DNA of 32,000 nucleotides from Wolbachia endosymbiont of Drosophila innubila (GTDB lineage Bacteria; Pseudomonadota; Alphaproteobacteria; Rickettsiales; Anaplasmataceae): NCBI RefSeq assembly GCF_021378375.1, contig NZ_CP076228.1, positions 960,001 to 992,000 of the forward strand, read 5' to 3'. Shown piece by piece: positions 25,676 to 32,000 of this stretch (position 1 is its first letter; each line of letters starts with the position of its first letter). The notes under the pieces were generated by a model. It saw only the letters and a program-made list of their open reading frames with translations, ran no database searches and was not told where the DNA came from. The position numbers and the translations under genes were made by a program.

Positions 25676-25795
25676 GTCATTCCAGTGTCAAAAGCACTGC
25701 CGTCTTGGATGGAAACCAGCGTCACGCCATGGAATGACAGGGTTTGTCATCCGAGTAGCCCCTTCGGTGTCATCCCAGTGCCCAGACACTGGGAT
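25676..25795. repeat. Cluster of hairpin-repeat fragments of the same family as 2431..2700 and 13670..13965.
   Basis: Three fragments are visible: gtcattccagtgtcaaaagcactg, ccagcgtcacgccatggaatgac, and gtcatccgagtagcc. The last string also occurs at 13781..13795. A further hairpin is gtcatCCCAGTGcccagaCACTGGGatgg. Confidence 0.7.
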
Positions 25796-26121
25796 GGCTT
25801 TGTTGCATCGCTACTTATGAAAGGCTAACTATAATTAGGATTATAAGCAACCTATTGAAAATCTTGTTTTTTTGCAATCAATCTGATCAAATTTAAGAAT
25901 AGTAATTTATTATTTATATTAATAAATTTAATTCTATTGAAAATAGCTAAAGCATTGAAATTCTTGAATTTTAGCCGGATTAGTGAGTGGTAGTGAAATT
26001 TCTTTTACTCAAATTTAGGTATTCACTGACCGTTCTTATTATAAATACCAGAATAATAAGCTACTGATATTCTCCATCTTTTTTATCTTTAATCCATCAT
26101 AGCTAGCGATGCAACAAAGCC
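25796..26121. repeat. An 18-bp perfect inverted repeat pair bracketing a 290-bp very AT-rich segment. It could be a MITE-like unit or an expanded hairpin loop.
   Basis: GGCTTTGTTGCATCGCTA lies at 25796..25813 and its exact reverse complement TAGCGATGCAACAAAGCC at 26104..26121. Confidence 0.6.
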
Positions 26122-26210
26122 CGCTGGAATCCAGCCTTTTCATAATCATTAAAATGTTGTATTTTAACATAAAACGGCTACTTTTATGCTTACTAACTTA
26201 ATAAAATTCC

Positions 26211-26246
26211 TGGATCCCAGTGTCTGGGCACTGGGATGACACCCTA
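26211..26246. repeat. Hairpin-repeat unit of the same family.
   Basis: cctggatCCCAGTGtctggGCACTGGGatgacaccc is nearly identical to 2593..2636. Confidence 0.7.
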
Positions 26247-26293
26247 CTAGCAGAAGTTACTCTCAAATGTTTGTTCATGTTAGCTACAAACAT

Positions 26294-26525
26294 TAAGAAA
26301 TTTACCAAACGAAAAAAAGGCAAAAAAAGCCCCAGTCATTGTCTATTTTCAGTATTGGCGTTTTTTAAGTCTTAAACACTGCAATTTAGCTGCTTTTAAA
26401 TGCAACTCATCTTAGTTTAAATGTTTAAGAAATTTACTAAGTAGAAAAAAAGGCAAAAGAAATCCCGTATTAGCTAGTTGTCATTCTCTAATCCTGCAAA
26501 TTGGCGTGCTATACTGTCTTAAACG
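26294..26525 (+). repeat. Two diverged tandem copies of a ~131-bp non-coding unit.
   Basis: Copy 1 reads ttaagaaatttaccaaacgaaaaaaaggcaaaaaaagcccc...gtcttaaacac (26294..~26380). Copy 2 reads ttaagaaatttactaagtagaaaaaaaggcaaaagaaatccc...gtcttaaacgc (26425..~26525). Confidence 0.55.
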
Positions 26526-26759
26526 CTTTATAAGCGCGTTTCAGCTTATATAGGTAAAAACCCAGAAATGTTGTGAAGACGTAGGGTGCGCATAGTGCAA
26601 AAAATTAAAAATAAGACGCCAATTACGTAATACTGTTGTCGTTTAATCTGCACAGATTGAAGATAAATGAATACCTTCAGTTTCATGATAAGAGGGCTGG
26701 CGAAGGGTGTCAAGTAAGTTTTTTCGTTTCTACCAGCTACTTGGATGACACCACATAAA

Positions 26760-28037
26760 TTAATAAATAGGAAAATTACTACAAATCCTTTCAACTTTAG
26801 CTTTTACTGCTTTTTCGACACTTGAGCTATTTCCGCTGATTAATCCTTGAATTACTTCATTTATTAGACCAGCTATCTCTTTAAAATTTTCTGCCTCAAG
26901 TCCGCGTGTTGTCTCAGCAGGGGTGCCAAAACGGAGCCCTGAACTGATGGTCGGCTTTGCTGTATCAAATGGTACAGAGTTTTTATTACAGGTAATACCG
27001 GCTCTCTCAAGGCTATCTACAACGTCTTTTCCAGTTAATTTCTGCGATCTTAAGTCAACTAGCACTATATGAGAGTCAGTGCCACCGGTTATAATGTCAA
27101 GTCCATGCTTTTGCAATTCTTGAGCCAGCACTTTCGCATTTTCCACGACTTTCTTGCTATAAGTCTTAAACTCTGGTGCTAATGCTTCTTTAAATGCAAC
27201 AGCTTTTGCAGCTATCACATGCATAAGTGGCCCGCCCTGCAATCCTGGAAAAACTGCGGATTGAATTTTTTTGTGTAATGCTTCATCATTGGTCATCACT
27301 ATTCCACCACGAGGACCACGCAAAGTTTTGTGAGTCGTGGAAGTCATAACATGTGCATATTCAGCAGGGGATGGATATTCGCCCGCTGCAATAAGCCCTG
27401 CATAGTGAGCAATGTCTGCAAGCAAATAAGCACCAACTTTATCTGCAATCTCGCGAAAGCGTTTGAAGTCCATTTTTCTTGGATAAGCAGAAGCACCAGC
27501 TATGATCAATTTCGGTTTATGCTCCAGCGCCAGCTTTTCTATCTCATCCATATTGAGCAGATAAGTGTCTTTATTCACTGTATATTGAATTGACTTAAAC
27601 CATTTACCAGAAAGGCTTGGTGCCGCACCATGAGTTAGATGCCCACCGCAACTCAGTGATAATCCAAGTATTGTATCGCCTGGAGTAAGCAGCGAAGCAA
27701 ATACCGCCTGGTTTGCCTGAGAACCAGAATGAGGTTGAGCGTTTGCAAATTTAACACCAAACAACTTACAAAGTCTTTCTATAGCCAGACTTTCAATTTT
27801 GTCCACATGCTCACAACCACAGTAATATCTTTTACCTGGATAACCTTCTGCGTATTTATTAGTCAGAAAAGAGCCTTGTGCCTCCATTACCGCTTTGCTT
27901 GCAAAATTTTCTGATGCAATTAATTGCAATTGTGATTTTTGGCGTTGTAATTCTTTTTCTATAGACTGATAAACCTCGTTATCAAAAGACTTTAAACTAT
28001 TTTTAGAGCCACAGATTTTTTTTAAAACACTCATCAT
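26760..28037 (-). CDS. glyA: Serine hydroxymethyltransferase.
   Basis: The PLP-lysine motif [16 protein letters not shown] is present, along with the N-terminal LIASENF and the motifs [11 protein letters not shown] and GGHLTHG. The product has the typical length of 425 aa. Confidence 0.95.
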   Translation of the reverse strand: MMSVLKKICGSKNSLKSFDNEVYQSIEKELQRQKSQLQLIASENFASKAVMEAQGSFLTNKYAEGYPGKRYYCGCEHVDKIESLAIERLCKLFGVKFANAQPHSGSQANQAVFASLLTPGDTILGLSLSCGGHLTHGAAPSLSGKWFKSIQYTVNKDTYLLNMDEIEKLALEHKPKLIIAGASAYPRKMDFKRFREIADKVGAYLLADIAHYAGLIAAGEYPSPAEYAHVMTSTTHKTLRGPRGGIVMTNDEALHKKIQSAVFPGLQGGPLMHVIAAKAVAFKEALAPEFKTYSKKVVENAKVLAQELQKHGLDIITGGTDSHIVLVDLRSQKLTGKDVVDSLERAGITCNKNSVPFDTAKPTISSGLRFGTPAETTRGLEAENFKEIAGLINEVIQGLISGNSSSVEKAVKAKVERICSNFPIY

Positions 28038-28077
28038 AGATCAAACCTCGCTTTAATTTTAAGATGCATAAGCAATT

Positions 28078-29298
28078 TTAAGACTGCTTATCCTGCTTTT
28101 TTAACCATAAGAGCCCAAAAACAGCTATCAGCAAACATACAGGAATAATAGATGTTGCTTTTATCAGCAATTCAGCACTATACACAGGATTTCCTTGTAT
28201 CACTGTCCTATCCCAACACAAATCTATTATTTTTGCGATCCCAGTGTGAAAAAAATAGCCAAAAACCATGACTATCATATTTGACACAGCTGTAGTTAAT
28301 CCTATTAAGTTATTATTTACATAACTTAATGCTTTGTACAGTGTTACTATTTGATATCCAGAAGCGAAACCTATAACAAGAAGTGCAGGCAATACAATAT
28401 ACAATCCGCCAGCCTGTGTAAAAAGTAAAAGGAAACTAGCAATCATTGCAAAGGAACAGACAATAATAACTTCATAATGTCTATTTGGATATTTTTCTAA
28501 TATGTGAGCAAAAGAGAGCAATCCAGCTGCAAATCCTACATATATAACAGAAGAAATTGAAGACGCTAGACCACCGGCCATTTGATATACCTCACATAAA
28601 AAAGCTTTTGTCCAAGCATCAGCAAAACCTTCTAGTGGACCTACCATTAAGCCACCAAAAAAACTAATTAGAATGATATATTTATTGAAAAGCACAGTTT
28701 TTAGATCCTTCATGCTAATTTTTTCTTTTCGAAAGTCGTAAGCATTGTAAGGAATAACTAAAAATAAAGATAAAGCGAGTAAGAAACCAAACCCTGAAAG
28801 AATATAAATTACGTAATTCCAACCAAACTCATCAAGCAAAAGTTCTATTGGTAGACCACCATATATTGCCCCTAATAGCCCTATAATAACAGATATGCTT
28901 GCCATTTTTGCTGATTTTTCTCGCGGAAAATACATACTGGCAACTTTAAATACTCCTATTACTGACGCAGACGAGCCAATCCCAACAATTATTCTACCTA
29001 ATACTGAATAATACCACTCATCAAAGCACACAAGAGGTAATGTTCCAATAGATACCAAGACAGCACAAATAGGTAAAACAATTTTTGGACCGAATCTATC
29101 AAAACAAAGACCAACAGGGATATGAACTAGTGTAAATCCCACATAGTAGAGACCATTAAATTGCCCTAAATCTGCAATGCTTATATTAAATTTTGTTATT
29201 AATACAGGCGCAATTATGTTTGGCATGACACGTAACACATACTGGTATGCATAGAAAAGAGATACTATCAACCATACAAAAAAATTACTTTTCGACAT
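28078..29298 (-). CDS. Major facilitator superfamily (MFS) transporter, tandem copy 1.
   Basis: It has about 12 TM helices and an MFS motif-A-like GLCFDRFGPK between TM2 and TM3. The start is placed at the ATG at 29298, which is preceded by AGGTGG; the ORF-track GTG is at 29307. Confidence 0.85.
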   Translation of the reverse strand: MSKSNFFVWLIVSLFYAYQYVLRVMPNIIAPVLITKFNISIADLGQFNGLYYVGFTLVHIPVGLCFDRFGPKIVLPICAVLVSIGTLPLVCFDEWYYSVLGRIIVGIGSSASVIGVFKVASMYFPREKSAKMASISVIIGLLGAIYGGLPIELLLDEFGWNYVIYILSGFGFLLALSLFLVIPYNAYDFRKEKISMKDLKTVLFNKYIILISFFGGLMVGPLEGFADAWTKAFLCEVYQMAGGLASSISSVIYVGFAAGLLSFAHILEKYPNRHYEVIIVCSFAMIASFLLLFTQAGGLYIVLPALLVIGFASGYQIVTLYKALSYVNNNLIGLTTAVSNMIVMVFGYFFHTGIAKIIDLCWDRTVIQGNPVYSAELLIKATSIIPVCLLIAVFGLLWLKKQDKQS

Positions 29299-29433
29299 AC
29301 CTACCACCTAATAAAACCCAATTACAATTAAAACAAAAATATCAAAGTAAAATAAAGTATTATATTTCATAATAACAAGAGCCTTAAATTAGTACATCTA
29401 ACGATTTTATCATACGAGCCTTCGATAAATTAT

Positions 29434-30663
29434 CTACTTATTACAATCAACTTCTCTAAAATCTTTATTTTTTAACCATAAGAGCCCAAAAACAGCCACC
29501 AGCAAACATACAGGAATAACTGATGTTGCTTTTATCAGCAATTCAGCACCATACACAGGATTTCCTTGTATTATTGTTCTATCCCAACACAAATCTACTA
29601 TTTTTGCGATCCCAGTGTGAAAAAAATAGCCAAAAACCATAACTATCATGTTTGACACAGCTGTAGCCAGGCCTACTAAGTTATTATTTACATAACTTAT
29701 CGCTTTGTAAATGGTAACTACCTGATATCCAGATGTGAAGCCAATAATAAAAAGCGTAGGTAATACAACATACAAGCCACCAATCTGAGTAAAAAGCAAA
29801 AGAAAACTAGCGATCATTGCAAATGAGCATGCAATTATTACTTCATAATGCTTATTTTTATATTTTTCCAATAAATAAGCCAAAGAGAATGATCCTGTTA
29901 ACATTCCTATCAATATTACGGAAGAGAGAGAAGATGCCAAGTCTTCATTCATTTTATATACTTCAAAAAAGAATGCTTTCACCCAACCATCGGCAAAACC
30001 TTGCATTGGACCGACCATGAGTCCACCAAAAAAGCTAATTAGAATAATATGCTTGTTGAAAAGTATGTTTTTTAAGTCTCTAATGCTAACTTTTTCCTGT
30101 TGAGCATTGCTTTCAGGCGTTACTAAGAACAGCAACAGAGCAAGTAAACACCCAAATGCTGAGAATGTATAGATAACATAATTCCAGCCAAATTTATCGA
30201 GTAAGAAGTCTAAAGGTAACCCGCCACATATCCCTCCCAAAATTCCTATAATTATAGATAAGCTGGCCATTCTTGCTGATTTTTCTTGCGCAAAATACAT
30301 GCTTGCAACTTTAAAGATTCCAATTGCCGAAGCGGATGACCCAATTCCCACAATTATTCTTCCAATTATTGAATAACTCCACTCATCAAAGCATATAAGC
30401 GGTAGTGTTCCGGTAAATGTCAAAACGGTACAAGCAGGTAAAACAAACTTTGGTCCAAATCTATCAAGGAAAAGACCAATAGGTATATGAGCTAGCGTAT
30501 AGCCTACATAGTATAACCCACCAAACTGGCCAACATCTGCAATACTTATGTTAAATTTTGTTATTAATTCAGGCGCAATTATGTTTGGAATTACGCGTAA
30601 TATATATTGGTATGCATAAAACAGTGACGTCAACAACCAGATTAAAAAATTCCTCTGCAACAT
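29434..30663 (-). CDS. MFS transporter, tandem copy 2.
   Basis: It is a full-length paralogue of copy 1 with the same length, collinear throughout, and carries GLFLDRFGPK. Confidence 0.85.
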   Translation of the reverse strand: MLQRNFLIWLLTSLFYAYQYILRVIPNIIAPELITKFNISIADVGQFGGLYYVGYTLAHIPIGLFLDRFGPKFVLPACTVLTFTGTLPLICFDEWSYSIIGRIIVGIGSSASAIGIFKVASMYFAQEKSARMASLSIIIGILGGICGGLPLDFLLDKFGWNYVIYTFSAFGCLLALLLFLVTPESNAQQEKVSIRDLKNILFNKHIILISFFGGLMVGPMQGFADGWVKAFFFEVYKMNEDLASSLSSVILIGMLTGSFSLAYLLEKYKNKHYEVIIACSFAMIASFLLLFTQIGGLYVVLPTLFIIGFTSGYQVVTIYKAISYVNNNLVGLATAVSNMIVMVFGYFFHTGIAKIVDLCWDRTIIQGNPVYGAELLIKATSVIPVCLLVAVFGLLWLKNKDFREVDCNK

Positions 30664-30738
30664 GAATCTCAGCTAAAGTTTAGGATTATAGATACTTTAG
30701 TTATAAAAAACAATACTATATTAATCATCTAAATCTGC

Positions 30739-31952
30739 TTAGCTCTTTTTACAGCTTATAACTTTAAGTAACCAAAAGCCTATCATTCCTATTAGTAGGC
30801 ATATAGGTATTATTAACATAGACTTAACCATTACATCAGTTCCATAAAATGGCTTTCCATCGATAATTTCACCGTTCCAATAAAAATTCATTATATTTGC
30901 AATAATGACGTGAAAAAAATAACCAAAACTCATAACTATGGAATTACCTACAGATCCTGCACTTGCTACTGCTTCGTTTTTTACACAACTTACAACTTTA
31001 GCAGTAAAAACAATTTGGTATGCAGAAGCAAGACCAATAATGAATAGTAATATACATGCCAGGAGTTCACTAATATTGCATATAAAAAGTAATAAGAACA
31101 CAATTATCATGGCCATAGCACAAGAAATTATTATTTCATAGTGCTTGGTTGGATTTTTTGCTAATATGTAAGGAAGTAATAAATGCCCAAAGCCAAAGCC
31201 TATTAGTATCCATTTTGAAATGCTATATGCAATGTGTCTATCTACAGCGTAATCTCATGCAAGAATGTTGCGGACCACGCATCTGCAAAGCCTTCTAATG
31301 GTCCAACCATAAAACCGCCAAACAAACCTATCAATAAAATATCTTTATTAAATATAACTTTGCTTAAATTTTTAATATTTAATTCTTCGTCTGAGGTGCC
31401 AACTTTAGGTATAGATATAAAGGTAGTTAAAGCAAGCAATAATCCAAGCATTATACACACAGTAAATAAATAATCCCACCCAAACTTATCAAGTAAGACA
31501 TGTAATGGTTTGGTGGCAAATACACCACCTGAAATGCCAATAATAACCGATATGCTGAACATCATGGCAAATTTTTCTCTATGGTAATAGATTCTTATTA
31601 TTTTAAAGAGTCCAAGTACTGAAGCAGAGGATCCAATACCAGTAATTATTCTTCCAATAATAGAATAACTCCAATCATTAGAACTGACTAAAGGTAAAGC
31701 ACCTAAAGATGTTAATGCAATACAAATCGGTATAACAACTTTAGAACCAAATCTATCTAAAAGAATACCTACAGGAATATGTGCTAACACATAACCTACA
31801 TAATACAGTCCACAAAATTGTCCTATTTCTGTTGTTCCTATATTAAACCTTACTACCAATTCAGGAATTATAATATTTGGAATTACGCGTAATATATATT
31901 GGTATGCATAAAACAGTGACGCCAACAACCAGATTAAAAAATTCCTCTGCAA
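30739..31952 (-). pseudogene. MFS transporter, tandem copy 3, decayed by a frameshift and loss of the ATG start.
   Basis: The N-terminal 236 codons (31242..31952) and the C-terminal 125 codons (30739..31116) are collinear with copies 1 and 2. A 1-nt deletion near 31245..31255 shifts the frame (..FLHEIT | YAVDRHIAYSISKW..). Copy 2 reads ATGTTGCAGAGG at its start where copy 3 reads ATTGCAGAGG. Confidence 0.75.
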
Positions 31953-32000
31953 TACTTTACCCCAAAGCTAGCATTATAGATACTCTGTTTATAGAAAACA

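Noticed and set aside
25650-26760. Possible CRISPR array or small-RNA gene in the 1.1 kb repeat-rich intergenic region.
   Set aside because: The repeats are hairpin or palindromic units of differing sequence and irregular spacing, plus two ~131-bp units. There is no short direct repeat with uniform spacers and there are no cas genes. I could not recognise the conserved cores of tmRNA, RNase P RNA, 6S or SRP.
15000-26760. Prophage (WO-like), cif/CI operon or toxin-antitoxin pair in the accessory interval.
   Set aside because: No integrase, terminase, capsid or tail genes, no large deubiquitylase or nuclease pair, no ankyrin repeats, and no small adjacent two-gene TA-like pair could be recognised from the translations.
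26546-26794. The 82-aa minus-strand ORF overlapping the glyA 3' end.
   Set aside because: It overlaps the glyA stop region in another frame, runs through repeat fragments, and has neither an RBS nor any recognisable similarity.

Overview
This is a visibly AT-rich bacterial chromosome segment. Its gene content and mobile elements look like a Wolbachia/Anaplasmataceae (Rickettsiales) genome. That assignment is an inference from the ISWpi1-like IS, a stand-alone nuoJKLMN block and a hairpin-repeat family; no database search was possible.

Layout:
1. 1-5.0 kb: a hypothetical gene cut by a nested pair of ISWpi1-like IS5-family elements, a palindromic hairpin repeat, aspartokinase, and a junkyard where a decayed second IS5-family transposase abuts a fragment of a group II intron RT.
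2. 5.2-15.0 kb: a housekeeping block with a UvrD-family helicase, a small orphan ORF, nuoJ-K-L-M-N, birA (carrying a ~0.3 kb in-frame palindromic-repeat insertion), a 45-codon ccmD-like ORF missing from the ORF track, and ccmE.
3. 15.0-26.7 kb: an accessory-looking stretch.
   - Three tandem minus-strand orphan genes: two paralogous coiled-coil-like proteins and a ~491-aa protein with about 20 copies of a 12-residue repeat. Two of the three share a C-terminal PGIAEA motif.
   - tRNA-Ala.
   - A membrane-protein gene broken by an in-frame TGA and by a ~1.9 kb group II intron whose RT is frameshifted.
   - A CDF metal transporter abutting tRNA-Val.
   - A 1127-aa orphan protein with a collagenase-like HExxH core, followed by ~1.1 kb of repeat-rich non-coding DNA.
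4. 26.7-32 kb: glyA and a tandem array of three MFS transporter paralogues, the third decayed.

The best candidates for an undescribed system are the 15.07-17.55 kb three-gene cluster and the 22.26-25.65 kb metalloprotease-like giant. Their functions are unknown, and every functional statement about them is a hypothesis.
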